This document shows, one piece after another, positions 37,581 to 51,734 of a stretch of 64,000 bases of DNA. The notes beneath the pieces were generated by a model. That model was not told where the DNA came from. It was given only the letters and a program-made list of their open reading frames with translations, and ran no database searches. The number at the start of each line of letters is the position of its first letter. Positions within the stretch are counted from its first letter, which is position 1. The translations under genes and the position numbers were made by a program. Origin of the DNA: Octopus vulgaris (taxonomy: Eukaryota); NCBI GenBank assembly GCA_951406725.2, contig OX597829.1:36580001-36644000 (forward strand), written 5' to 3'.

Positions 37581-37742
37581 CAGGTGCAGGCGTGACTGTG
37601 TGGTAAGAAGCTTGCTTCTCAACCACATGGTTTCGGATTCAGTACCACTGTGGGCACCCTGGGCAAGTGTCTTTTATTATAGCCTCGGGCCGACCAAAGC
37701 TTTGTGTGTGGATTTGGTAGAAGGAAACTGAAAGAAGTTCGT
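37581..37742 (+). mobile_element. SINE family B head, running into (GATA)n at 37746-37933
   Basis: Matches 5211-5372. Confidence 0.8.
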
Positions 37743-37744
37743 GG

Positions 37745-37823
<79 letters not shown>

Positions 37824-37824
37824 G

Positions 37825-37934
<110 letters not shown>

Positions 37935-38700
37935 TGGCCTAAATAAAACTCTTATAGAAATCTTTAAAACCCTCTGAGTGTGTTTCTGCCAATGTTTACA
38001 TCGGTATGCACGCTCTATAACCGTCTTTACAGGGGGATTAAAGAATAAAAATAGTTCAGAATTACAGAGAAGACAGATACCTTTGTCATAAGGTATCGAA
38101 ATTGAGAGAATTGACCAATCTAAATTAAATTGTTTATTGTGGTCTTTTAGATCCCAAATTAATTTACTAAGCCCTGTACTGTTACGTTTATTCCTATCCC
38201 TAATTGTAGAGTAATGATTAGAAATTCTTCTAGATATTTGTGAAGACGTGCTTCCAATATAAAAATATACTTGATTACGAGTAGTAATTTTACGCTGATA
38301 TATAGAATTTTTAATTTTAGAGTTACTTGACATAAACTTGATTCTGTTGTAATTGACTCCAGATACAATAACCTTGTTATTAATATTTCTAGAGGGATGG
38401 ATGGTATTAGCTAAATTAATGTTAGTATTAGTAAATGTATTAATATTCAACAGGTTGATATTATGTGAAGAGATAATTTGTAAAAGATTTTTAGTTTTGG
38501 AAAAACCAATCCTCACCGTATGTGAGTTAATAATAGAGTAATAACTAGAATTCCTTGGAAAATTCCGAATAATAGCTTCACGAAACTGCAATGGAAGATT
38601 TGATTTAATTTGCCTCCCGCATAGAATAATTAACTAAATGGTTTTACTACTAGTTATCTTAGTGTAATTGTTTTTGAAAAACTTAATTTTATATATATAT
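37935..38700 (-). mobile_element. Penelope-like element, GIY-YIG endonuclease region
   Basis: NSIYQ...FYIGSTS...RRISNH...STGLSKLIWDLK...LDWSIL...CLLCNSE...CKH. Confidence 0.85.
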
Positions 38701-39917
38701 AAATTTGGTAGATATACCAATAAGGAAGTAGTCTTTTAGAAATGTCCAAAATACCTGTCATATAATGTAGAGGCTTTATATACCTTAATATTAATGATTA
38801 TGAAATTCTCAGGAATGATGAACGTACTGATCATGGTTGCATGTCACATTTACCTCTCTATTAAAATACAAACAGTTACCGGAAAAATAGTATTACTGTA
38901 TGTAAGTGACAGATATAATGTGAACAATACGTAAATATAGCAGCTAACGAATCAAACTTAATTTTTACTTTTTATCTGTCAATGGTGCAGTATTTAAGAG
39001 GTCACATTATTTTAAAATAAAGATTTTTAATCTTCTATTGTTTATTAATTATTACGAAATTTTATATTTCATATTTATAAAAATTGCAATTATAAAATAT
39101 GCAGTTTACCGTAACTTTATGCGAAGTTAAACATAAATTCGAGTTATTGGAAATGGAATCAAAGATGCATATGTTGTTAATAATTCTACGATTTTTATTT
39201 AACTAAATAATATAATTTTCGGAATCCGAGACTATGACTGAAAATTGGTAAAATAGTGAGATGTAACAGAGAGCGAGAACAGGAGGAGCGCTGTTAAATT
39301 GATGTTGTGGACATTAGAGGACATTCACAAGTAACGATGCCCTCTTGCAGTGCCCAAATCCTCTTTGATTATGTAATCCAGTATTTGATTATGACGCAAA
39401 ACACGATACTAGACGTGTAACATAAAATATTACCACAAAATTGGAAGGATAAAAGAATTAATATAAAAAATATATTTGTTGAGCAATTTTGTTAAAATGA
39501 TGTATAAAACGGTCTAAAGCTAAAATCCTAATAACTCCATATATATTTTAAAACTAAACACTATAATTGCATATTAAGTTTATGATTATACTATTTCTTA
39601 TTGTATATTGCATTTGTATAGACGGAATTGGGGAAAATTAAACTTCCCTTTTTCTTATTTTCTAAATAAATAACAAAAAATCAAATCTGAAGGGAAATTA
39701 TTTCAAAATACTCAATCCTACTAGAAAAATTTCAATCCATCATATTCACTGTGACCGTGTTGCAAATATTAGTATAATTTCTGCAGTGTAAATAACATTG
39801 CAACGAAAATAGTTGTGGTGTATAATTCAAAATTTTAGCATTGTAAAATATTTGCTATTAAATTGTTGGTAGCGTTTTATCTAGTCTTTTCTTGTTGGTT
39901 TCTCTTATTATTATCAC

Positions 39918-39951
<34 letters not shown>

Positions 39952-40892
39952 GCTGCTGCTGCTGCTGCTGCTGTTGTTGTTGTTGCTGTTGCTGCTGCTG
40001 TTCTTGTTGTTGTCGTTGTCGTTGTTGTTGTTGTTGATTACTGTGAATTTTTGTAAAGCATTTCCGTGTTGTAATTGCTGTTCATCGCGGTCAACACAAC
40101 AATCAAAATAATTAACAATGACAGTTTTAAACACGTATTTCCAGTTTTAATAATAATAGTCGCAGGCTTTTTTCATTTATTCTCTTTCTTAATAAAGAGA
40201 ATGCACCAGTCAACGTCTGCACTTAGAAGATCGGTGGGTTTAGCAGATAACTTCAATCCATAGATTCATAGATAAGCTAATAATTAAACTGAAAACTGTA
40301 TACATCCAGCTGTACCATAACGTAATTATATTCCGTTTAAATCACAAAACTATAAAGTATCATTAACGATTCTTTTACAATAACTAGAATTAAATAGGCC
40401 TAATATAAAGATGATACACTAAGACTTAAATAGTTTTAAAAATTCTAAAATTATAACATGTGTATACTTATATATGATACACGCAAATCTAAGCAGACAC
40501 ATATATACTTGCTCTGTAAACCTCTTAATACACGAGTGTACACATGCACACACACACACACGAACGAATGCACGCACACGCCCAAACACACACACACACA
40601 CACAAACAAACACGCACACACGCAAACTCCAAAGCATTCCTCTCAACACATGGCTATTATGCTCTCCTACTGCTGCTTTTGATGAGAGTTGCATATATCA
40701 TCAGCCAGTAAAGGACAGGCTGAACAGGTTACAGTAAAGCAACTGACAAGCAAATTTACTTTTATTAATCAGAATACTTGCTGTAGCTCATATTTTATAC
40801 CAAGACAAAACAATGTACATGATAGCACTTCCAATCAGTTAAGATCAGAAGCCATGAGAGATACTACCTGGTACTGCATCAGGGCAATTATT

Positions 40893-42965
40893 ATTATCAT
40901 TATTCTATTGTCTTTGCACAGCTTTTAACGCTGGAGATGTACAACAGTGTCTGCTGTTCACTACCAGTTAACTGAGGTAATACCCCTTATTTTTCGAGCA
41001 CCATCTGGAGTATTTGAGCGGTTCCAATCAGTGCTGTTTTCTGCAAGTTCTCCACACTTGTTGCAGTCCCTATTTGTTCCATGTACTTTTCGAATATTTC
41101 TACTCACGGTTCCCAGGGCTCCGACAATTATTGGTACTACTACCATCTTTTTCAGCGACCACAACTACTTTACCTCCCAAGCTAACCTGTCATATCTATC
41201 GACTATTCTTTCCTCCTTATCGCATACCCTGTTGTCAGCTGGGCATGCTATATCTATGATCCATCATCGTTTGCTTTCTTTCTCAATTAGCACTATGTGT
41301 GGTTTCCTATTCTATATCTCATGGACGCGCTGAATCATAAAATCCCATAGGACCTTTGCATTATCATTTTCGATGATGCCTTCGGGTTTATATTAGTACC
41401 AGGTTTTCGCTCTGTCATTTCCATACTTCTTGCAAAGTTTCCAACGCACAATACTTACTATATTGTCATGACGTCTCTTATATTCTTTCTGGGCTAGTAG
41501 CGTCCATGACTGGTAATATGCCATACGATTTCACCATTTTGTCCACAAATTCTACACTTATCACTTTCTGATGTGTTGTCTATTCTGTATTTGATCTTAT
41601 TGGTTCTTAATGCTTGCTCTTGTACTGCACAGATTAGAGCATCCGTTTCCGGTTTTAAATCACTTTTAGTCATCCATAGCCATCTTTTTAATCTGTCCGT
41701 CTTATCTTCAACATGCCTATGAAATTGTCTATACATTCTTTTCTTTATCCACCTATTTTCAGTTTCATTCCTTCTCAAGTGCTTGTACAGTGCATTATCT
41801 TTGCAATCGTCCATCCTACACAAGCTTGATCTTATTTCCATTTTTTACATACCATGCTATGTTGCTTTCTTCTGCTCTAATACTGGGTTCGCATCCAATC
41901 AGTCCTCTTCCCTCTCTTTTTCTTTGTATATACAGTCTGTCTGTGTCACATTTTGGATGGAGTATCCCGTATCTAGTCAGCAACTTCCTTATCTTTCTGC
42001 CTAAGTTGTTTAGTTCGTCTACTGTCCATGCGATTACCCCTGCTCCATATCTAAGGAGTGAAACGGCCCAGGTATTGATAGCTTCAATCTTATTCCGTCC
42101 GTTTAATTTCGACTTAAGGATCAGTATCAGTTTGCGCATGTATTCCACCTTAAATGTTTCTGTCTTTTCTTTCTCCATGAATTTATCCAACTACTTATAG
42201 CCAGTCTCTTCTATCTACTTCATAACCTACCCCGACGGTATCGTTAGCCCGTCCATACATTTGATTTTGCCTCTCTTCAAGACTAACATACCACACTTTC
42301 TCAGTCCGAACTCCATTCTGATATCAGCACTGAAGGTATACACCGTATCAACGAGGGAACTGACTCGGGTTTCATCTTTACCATAAATCTTGATGCTTAT
42401 CCATCAATAACAAGTGGGTGACATTTCATTGGCGGCTTTTGAATACATACCCAGCCTTTGTTTTCCTCATAATCAGTGTTATTGGTATCATGCACAGTAC
42501 AAAGATCAGTGGGGACAGGTAGTCCCCTTGGAAGATGCCTCTCTTGATTACTATTGTCCCTAAACTTTTTCCATATGCTGTCAGTTTCGCCTTCCACTTC
42601 GCCATACTTTTTCCAAGCAATCGCTCCACATTGGATGCAATACCAAATAGGCTCATACATTCCATATTCCAAGAATGTGGGATCATATCCTACGCCTTAT
42701 GATAGTCGATCCATAACATGGCTAAGTTAGTTTTCTTCCTCTTGCAGTCTCTAAGTACAGTTTTGTCTACCAGAATTTGATCCTTGGTACCTCTGCACTT
42801 ACGCTTGCAACCCTCCTGCTCATGTGGTAGGGCTTCCTTTTTTTTTCAGATGTCCGTACATTGACTCTGCGACTATTCCAGTCAATAATTTCCACATAAG
42901 TTGCAAGCAGGATATCGGTCTGTTATTGTCTACCATATTGCCTTTTTCGATGTTTTTCAAGCACA
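40893..42965 (-). mobile_element. R4/Dong-type LINE (RT plus restriction-like endonuclease), decayed and 5'-truncated
   Basis: RGIFQGDYLSPLIF, KSKLNGRNKIEAINTWAV, CRICGQNGEIVWHI, VVPIIVGALGTV; 3' end abuts (TAA)n. Confidence 0.9.
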
Positions 42966-43011
42966 GCACTATCCTGTCCAAGAGTAAAGAGTAAAGAGTA
43001 TATATACATAT

Positions 43012-43272
<261 letters not shown>

Positions 43273-44417
43273 ATCCAAATATGAAAACACAGAGAAAACT
43301 CAACAACGCGATGACGTGGAACAAGCATAGTGTTATTGAACGCTCAGGAATATATATTCATATATATCTCCGTTTCAAGGATATTTTTTCTTGTTTCCTA
43401 AATGTTCAAATAGGTTTATCTCTTAATATTTTCCCATGGTGTTTATTTTTTTTAATCTAGTATATACTGTCCTGAGCGTTTTCGGGCCCCTTACAACATA
43501 CACCATTTTTCCATTCATTTATTTATCTTACTTCGTATAACGGTCTCAGTAGCAGATATTTTGTTCTTAAATTTCAACTGATCAATTATATCGAACGTTG
43601 GACCTTGGTCTATCTTACTTCGGACAACAAGTGGAAGAGCTTAACCACCTACTAGTAAATAAAATTTTACTTTTAATCGATTAGCTCTTTATTATGATAA
43701 ATACTATTAATTAGTACTATAAACATAATTATTTAAAATTATTATGATTAATTTAAAACCTTATTGTATTTTCACCTCTTCTCCGACTAAAACCTGTTAT
43801 TTTTTTATTTTTTATTATTTGTCCATCCTATACCCCACGTACAAATGATTAATCCACCAAATACTATTTTAAGTTTAGTCATTTACCTTACGTCCCAAAG
43901 AGATACACCACCAAAATGGTATGATTCTAACCATATTCAACTTTTCCTTTTCCTTCTCTAGGCTCTTCTTTTTTATTTATTCTTCACTCTGATAAAACTC
44001 CATGTTTCAGATCGGTTTTATTGCCAAATATGATAGATACTTTTAGCATATCAATGGCAATACATTACAACATTGGAATCAGGAACAGCTGTTAGATGGA
44101 GTGCAGTCTATTTGTATTGAATTAATAATTAATAATAGATGTAAATCAATTGTTGATCATCAATATTTCTCCACGTTCTGCTTTATATATATATATATAT
44201 ATGATGTATGTATATATGTAAATCCTGTTCATCTATTCTGTTCACCTAACTTGGAGCTGTGGAGACTATGCCTAACTGGCAAGGTGCCTCATTTTAAGTA
44301 CCTAATTCAATTGAATCACAAAGTAGTAACATCGTTCCGTGTAGGACTGCCACATCGTGTTGGCAAATAGAGTTAAATCTTCGGTACTGTTACTACTCTT
44401 CTTGCTCAGAGATTTAA

Positions 44418-44466
<49 letters not shown>

Positions 44467-44636
44467 TGTACATTTTGCTACCCTAAGATTATATATATAT
44501 ATATATATATTGGGAGAGTTTACGGAAAAAAACAAAAGACGATGACAGGTGGTGTACAAAACAAACAGGTGTATTAGTATAACGCTCAGGAATAGAAAAA
44601 AGTCTTTTACGTTTCGAGCCTACGCTCTTTTACATG

Positions 44637-44687
<51 letters not shown>

Positions 44688-45114
44688 CATATTGGATATA
44701 GTTACCATATCATATTATATTATATATAGACATAACATAACCAATTCCGATTGTGCATACACTTCATCCTAATCACATCTTTAATAAATGTTTTTTAATG
44801 TACAAGTAGAATAATTAGTATTTAAAATACCATCTACATATTATTCAATAACATTTTTTCTTATTATAACCCCCATTTTTTATCCCCATAATCGTTAATT
44901 AACTCGTTAATATTAATTTTTTTTATTATGATCTTTAAACTTTAATCTCAAACTTATAATACAATAATATATAATATCCCCTTCATTGCTAATACCACTA
45001 TACTGATACTCCATATATAATACCATAGCCCCTATTTTTGTTCCCATTGTTTTAATTAACTCACCAATTTTCAATTTTTATTTGAACTCTAAAACTTATG
45101 TATGTATGTATGTA

Positions 45115-45305
45115 TGTATGTCTTTGTGTCTGTGTTTGTCCCCTCACTACCGCTTAGCGTTTCGGAAAAAGAAACCGGTAGAATAAGTTCAAGCTCTAGG
45201 CTTAAAAAGTAAGTCCTGGGGCCTATTCATTCGACTAAAATTACTTCAAGGCGGTGCCCCAGCATAGCACAGTCCAATGACTCAACAAGGAAAATATAAA
45301 AGATA
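45115..45305 (+). mobile_element. SINE family B 3' half
   Basis: Matches the 3' half of 35869-36288. Confidence 0.7.
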
Positions 45306-47243
45306 AACTTCATCATCTAAGTACTATACTTACTCATTTATGTAAAAGTTTTTGCAGTAAAAGCACTCAATAGTGAAGGAAATATATCCACAATTACGAG
45401 ATCGCTATGTTTCGCTCAAATTAATCTCATTGGATAACTTTTACTGGAATATATCGTGTCTTGCAGACTGATAGGTTACCCGTTGAACAAGAATGAAGCA
45501 AACGTATTCGTGAAATAATTTTGTGAGGTATTTAAAAGTAAATATATAGCAGATTATGTGAAATGCCTCATAACCTGTCCAAAATATATCTAATTATATA
45601 GTCCAACATAACAGTTGGAATTCTTTTTGAGGAAATAACACTTCTAGTGTTCTTTGACATAAATATATGCATATAAACAAGATGCCGTTATGTTTCTAAT
45701 GATAGAAACAGCAGGTTATGGGTGCGATGTTAGCGGACTGTAAATTCGCAAATCTATACCTGGATGATGTATTAATTAAAAAGGAATCACGTGAGCAGGA
45801 TGACGAGCATGTGAAGTATGTTTCTGAAAAAATAAGAGATTACGGTTATACACTGAGTAAGTAGAAATGTGATTTTTCCCCCTAAAATTAAGCATTTAGG
45901 ACAAATTATTGATAGAAATGGAAAACGACCTGGCCCGTTGAGGGTAGACGCAATTAAAAATATGCCTCCTCCGACTGACATAATGACCTTACAAGCTTTT
46001 CTAGGTCCAGTGAATTATCAAAATAACATACCAAACATGTATAATTTGAGAGCTCCACTAAATAATTTGCTGGAAAATTGTCAAAACTCTTTTGACGATA
46101 TTAAAAAATATTAACATCAGATTTGTCGCTGGCTCATTTCGATCCTGCAGCGGAGATTGATGTAGCTTCTGACGCTACTAAATACGGCATATGAGCAGTA
46201 ATGCTACACAAATATAAAGACGGTAATAAGAAGGTGGTGGTTCATGCCTCACATTCTCTGATAGCCGCAGAGTAAAACTATAGCCAAGTAGAAAATGAAG
46301 CAAGATCATTTTTGCCGTGAAGAGATTTCACAGATTTTAACACGGTAGGAGTTTTGGGCTACAAACTGATCACCGACCATTATTATCAATTTTGGGGTTG
46401 AAGAAATGAATTCCTACCCATGCTGCAAATAGATTGCAGTGTTGAGTTACAATATTGTTGAATAACGAGTTTAAGATGGAGTACATTTCTTCTAATAAAA
46501 TTGGTCATGCAGATTGTTTATTTAGGCTAATTCCGATGAATGTAGAATCGCTGGAAGATACGGTGATAACCGCATTACAATCAGAAAAAGAAATAAAAAA
46601 CAGTATGTGTAATGTCATTCAGGAGTTGCCAGTGACTGTGTATGATATAAAAAGTAAATCAGCGGAGGGCAAATGCATCATAAAATTGAAGGAAACCTTG
46701 AAAAATAAACAAAAGAGAAATAAGGATGAGAGCCATTTTTCATTCTGCGACGATGTATTAATGTACGCACAAAGAGTGGTAGTACCAACTGCACTGCCGA
46801 AACAAGTATTACATGAATTTCATAATGGACACCCGGGGAAATCAAGAATAAAAACTTTGATGAGAAGTTACGTGTTTTGGCCGACAATGGACTGGGACAT
46901 TTAAAATTTGTCGAATTCATGTTGAGGTTGTGCGCTAGCAGCCAAGACACCACCGGTGTCATACCAATAGTGGCATGAGACTGATGTTCCGTGATCTAGG
47001 GTACATATAGATTATGCAGGACCGGTGAATAGCGCATACCACTTCATCATTGTTGATAGCTTTACCAAGTGTCCGGAAATATGTGCAGTCAACAAACCTT
47101 GAAGGCAACAATTAAGTTCCTGCACGAACTTTTGGCTCGATACGGTGTTCCAAACACCATAGTATCGGACAATGGAACAGGATATGAGATCAAACATTTC
47201 TGAAAAATGCATGCAATCAAACACATTTTTACCCCGCCCTACC

Positions 47244-47630
47244 TTTCCTCCTTTGCACTCCGTCGGTTACGACGATGAGGGTTCCGGTTGATTCGAATCA
47301 ACGGAACAGCCTGCTCGTGAACTTAACGTGTAAGTGGCTGAGCACTCCAGACACGTGTACCCTTAACGTAGTTCTCGGGGATATTCAGCGTGACACAGAG
47401 AGTGACAAGGCCGGCCCTTTGAAATACAGGTACAACAGAAACAGGAAGTAAGAGTGAGAGAAAGTTGTGGTGAAAGAGTACAGCAGGGATCACCACCCCC
47501 CTGCCGGAGCCTCGTGGAGCTTTAGGTGTTTTCGCTCAATAAACACTCACAACGCCCGGTCCGGGAATCGAAACCGCGATCCTATGACCGCGAGTCCGCT
47601 GCCCTAACCACTGGGCCATTGCGCCTCCAC
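47244..47630 (-). mobile_element. tRNA-derived SINE family C with 13-bp TSD
   Basis: Head GGCGCAATGGCCCAGTGGTTAGGGC...GGTTTCGATTCC; ACCCCGCCCTACC at 47231-47243 and 47631-47643. Confidence 0.9.
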
Positions 47631-47779
47631 ACCCCGCCCTACCACCTGTGATCAAATAGGCAAGCAGAACGATTCGTAAACACTTTTAAGCGAGCGCTAA
47701 AAAAATACAAAGGAACGAGTTAGGAAATGACGAAGTGCTAACTCAGTTCTTAAGAGTGTACAGAATAACACCTGATCAA

Positions 47780-48250
47780 ATCATCATCATCATTGTCCGA
47801 CTGTGGTCGAGACAATGGAATTTACCATGCTACGCCAGACTTCACGGTCCATCATGGCATTACGGAGGTCCTGTTGCTGGATGCCTGTATCCCTGGAGAT
47901 TACATCAGGGTAGGAGAGTGTGCGCCCTCTGGTATCGCGAGCAGATGGCTTCCAGAGGAGAAGAGTAGAAATTACCTCGTTTTCAGCTCTACAACAATGT
48001 CCAGCAAACTGGACTCTCCTACCTTTCACAAGAGATGACACAGGTGGGTGTTTCCCATATATTTGCATTTTGGTTGGATGACGCTTCCACGAGAGATTTT
48101 GAGCTCTCATAAGGAGGCGAGTGTAGGTTCCATCCAACCGCCTCTCAAGCTTCTTTGATAATGTCCAGGTTTCTGAGCCATATAGTAGAATTGGTTCGAC
48201 TGTGGCTCTGAAGATTTCAAGTTTGAAGTCTCTACTTAGATTTGATGACC
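47780..48250 (-). mobile_element. RTE-clade LINE 3' fragment with (TGA)n tail
   Basis: LLYGSETWTL...RRVQFAGHCCRA...AMMDREVWR; inserted in the gypsy integrase. Confidence 0.85.
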
Positions 48251-48821
48251 GAATACCAGCTCGGTTAAGTCACCTAAAGAGCTAATGTTCGCTCGGAAGA
48301 TAAAATCTATCTTCGAAAAATTGTTGCTAAAGAAAAAAACGTATAGAGAAAATACAAAAAGTTTAACTTACATCTTGATGTCGGAGACAAAGTCCATTTC
48401 AAAATATGCAAAAATGGTAAAGAAGGTTGGGAGGACGGTATAGGGATTAAAAGAATTGGGAACACGATGTATTTTATAAATAGTCAACGATGGGAGCCTA
48501 AACGACACCTAAATCAATTAAAAACTAGACATACTGAAAAAAGGAAGGAAATTCCAATGGAAAATTTTTACATGTTCGGTGTGCCGGCGCCAAAAGAGAT
48601 TGAGCCAAGAAGGAGCAGTAATAGAAAACGTAAACAGACAGAAATATTCCTGAGCAGAAAAACGTACTGAACTCCTTAGAGAATCAAAATCTCAAAAGGG
48701 AACGGTGTTGGAAAGAAAAAGAGTAATAAAAATAAAATAAATTTCGTTTCCTACGGAAGTCGAAATCTAAAAGGGGGAGAATGTGTAGCGAGGGTCACGA
48801 CACCCTCTGCGAGAATAGACT

Positions 48822-49210
48822 GGGAGTGGAAGCACTCCGTCGGTTACGACGACGAGGGTTCCGGTTGATCCGATCAACGGAATAGCCTGCTCGGGAAATT
48901 AACGTGCAAGTGGCTGAGCACTCCACAGACACGTGAACCCTTAACGTAGTTCTCGGGGATATTCAGCGTGACACAGAGAGTGACAAGGCCGGCCCTTTGA
49001 AATACAGGTACAACAGAAACAGGAAGTAAGAATTAGAGAAAGTTGTGGTGAAAGAGGACAGCAGGGATCACCACCACCCCCTGCCGGAGCTTCGTGGAGC
49101 TTTAGGTGTTTTCGCTCAATAAACACTCACAACGCCCGGTCTGGGAATCGAAACCGCGATCCTATGACCGCGAGTCCGCTGCCCTAACCACTGGGCCATT
49201 GCGCCTCCAC
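48822..49210 (-). mobile_element. SINE family C with 13-bp TSD
   Basis: Near-identical to 47244-47630; GCGAGAATAGACT at 48809-48821 and 49211-49223. Confidence 0.9.
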
Positions 49211-49621
49211 GCGAGAATAGACTAACCGAACGTCTGAATGAGACGAGAAAGAGTAGGCGTTAATCGCAGGAAGTCGTAAGGTGTCGTTTTGGTGTGGATT
49301 GTCACGTTATTGTGACCCTGTTTCGTTATATATTTTATTGTTACTACACGGTTATAGTGCAAAAAAGTATTAGCGATACAACACACACACACACACATAT
49401 ACAAACATATGAGAAAACAGAGAATGCACATGGATATCCACTTTTTAGTTATTGTGCAGTCGTATTGTATTCTGTTTTGCAAGACTTGTTGCTGTCCTAT
49501 TTTCGGGGTAACGAAAAGAATTTCGGTGGGAATTTGTACTTAAGTGTATAAACTATTCCTTTTTCAAGACATTTTCCTTCTAACCGACAGCAACTCTTAT
49601 CTTCGCGATTGCAATTCTTCT

Positions 49622-49788
49622 GGTAGGTAGGTATGTAGGTAGGTAGGTAGTTAGGTAGGTAAGTAGGTAGGTAGGTAGGTAGGTAGGTAGGTAGGTAGGT
49701 AGGTAGGTAGGTAGGGAGGTAGGTAGGTAGGTAGGTAGGCAGGTAGGCAGGCAGGCCGGCAGGCAGGCCGGCAGGCAGGCCGGCAGGC

Positions 49789-49860
<72 letters not shown>
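49622..49860 (+). repeat. (GGTA)n/(GGCA)n/(GATA)n microsatellite
   Basis: Directly visible. Confidence 0.95.
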
Positions 49861-49861
<1 letters not shown>

Positions 49862-50990
49862 TGTTTCTTTATTAGCTACACAGGGCTGCACACAGATAGA
49901 ACAAATTACAAGGTAGAGCTTTTCTTTTGAAGGTTTAAAAAAAAAAAAAAAAAAAAGGAAGGGGGAGTTTCGATCAAAAGGGATCGTAAAAGGAGAGAAA
50001 GAGGACAAAAAAAGGGGGGTTAAAAAAAAGGGGGGAGAGGAAAAAAAAATTTGATCAATAGGGATCGTTATCACAGAAATGTCAATATGAAGTGTAAAGG
50101 GGAGGACAGGTGAGGTTTACCCGTGGAAAGAAAAGCCTACGGAAAAGACCACGGTAACCTCGGTCAATGGAGTCACATGTTATATTTCTTTTTTTTTTTT
50201 TTTTGCAAATAAGCAACTCTCTGTTTTCAATTTCTGGGTTCATAGGATCATGCTCAAGGTGGCTTCGTCATTCATACGTGCCATCCTTGCTACATTCACC
50301 CATCTTTTTTTAAAACATTCGCTAGACAAAACTTGCCTCTCTACTCTCACTTTCCTTTTCAAGTGGTACTTGAAGAAGTTGATGAGAGATTGACCAGAGA
50401 GGAAAGTGTTTGTCTCCAATCCTTTCAGACGCGTCCACCAGATACATTCTTTCGCCATAGCCACAAGGATGATGAAAATAGCTCTTCCTTCCCGTTTGAA
50501 GGAGGGAGGCGTGACAATATTGACGATAGACTCAGCTGATAAACCGACTCGTCCCACACGTGACAGCAGTTGTTCGACATAAGCCCAAAGGTCGGAAATT
50601 GTTGGACACTGCACGAGTGCGTGCAGAACGGTTTCGTCGCTCTGACCGCATCTCGGGCAGGTCGGCCCCGTGTTTCTCGAGCCGTGTCTGTAGAGCTTAT
50701 CCCGAACGGGTAGCGCTTCTCGGTAGCACTGCCAGGCCAGGGATCTCTGGAAGTTGTCCATGGGCCCTGGCCCGAAAGTCGTCCTGAACAGGCGGGTCAG
50801 GTACTCCTCGTCGACGTCCAGGTTCGCCCCGAGCTCGTCGTCGTACCTCCCCTCCACTAAACCCCTATAGAATGCTTTGGTTGTGTTGAAGTCACTCAAG
50901 GTCGACCCAGGTCGGCAGAGTTGCATGAGAGCAACGCGACACTCGCGGTGCCATTCGCCCTTCTTCGGCCTCTTTTTGATCCACGACTGC
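49861..50990 (-). mobile_element. Tx1-type LINE, 5'-truncated; same subfamily as 31881-32990
   Basis: ORF 50240..50926 is nearly identical to the non-repeat part of ORF 32347..33075; (GATA)n on both sides. Confidence 0.9.
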
Positions 50991-51051
<61 letters not shown>

Positions 51052-51112
51052 CAGACAGACAGACAGAGACAGAGACAGAGACAGAGACAGATAGACAGAT
51101 AGACAGATAGAC

Positions 51113-51146
<34 letters not shown>

Positions 51147-51180
51147 GCAGACAGACAGACAGACAGGCAGGCAGGCAGGC

Positions 51181-51244
<64 letters not shown>

Positions 51245-51249
51245 GGATG

Positions 51250-51450
<201 letters not shown>

Positions 51451-51734
51451 CTTTTTATTGTAGCCACACAGGGCTGAACACAGAATAAAAATGGACGAAA
51501 TACAATGTAGAATTTTTTCTTTTCGAGGTGGGATGGGTGGGGCACAAAAAAAAACGTTTGATCAATAGGGATCTGTGGGTTGTGTGGTGTATAAAAAAGC
51601 AATATATATATATAAGGTTCACAGTTTAGGTGTAGCCTTGGAAAGAAAAACCTACAAAAAAGACCAAGGTCACCTCAGACAATTCGAAAAAGAACACATG
51701 AGTAAGTCGCCTTACTTCTCGTTGTCTCTTTTGG

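Larger units (their letters stand above)
45750..48790 (+). mobile_element. Ty3/gypsy LTR retrotransposon pol remnant (RT, RNase H, integrase), interrupted by SINE and RTE insertions
   Basis: YLDDVLI, VASDATKYG, TDHRPL, HNGHPGKSRIKTLMRSYVFWPTM, HIDYAGP, VSDNG, QAERFVNTFKRAL; polypurine tract AAAAGGGGGAGAA followed by TG at ~48782. Confidence 0.9.

Noticed and set aside
40690-40885. HDV-like ribozyme at a putative element 5' end next to the (TAA)n tract (minus strand)
   Set aside because: Only a partial P1-like pairing (GCCCTGA/TCATGGC); I could not build P1.1, P3 or the catalytic junction by eye
47555-47630. tRNA genes (also 49135-49210 and the heads of SINE A and B)
   Set aside because: The tRNA-like heads continue into SINE bodies with TSDs; no complete cloverleaf is evident
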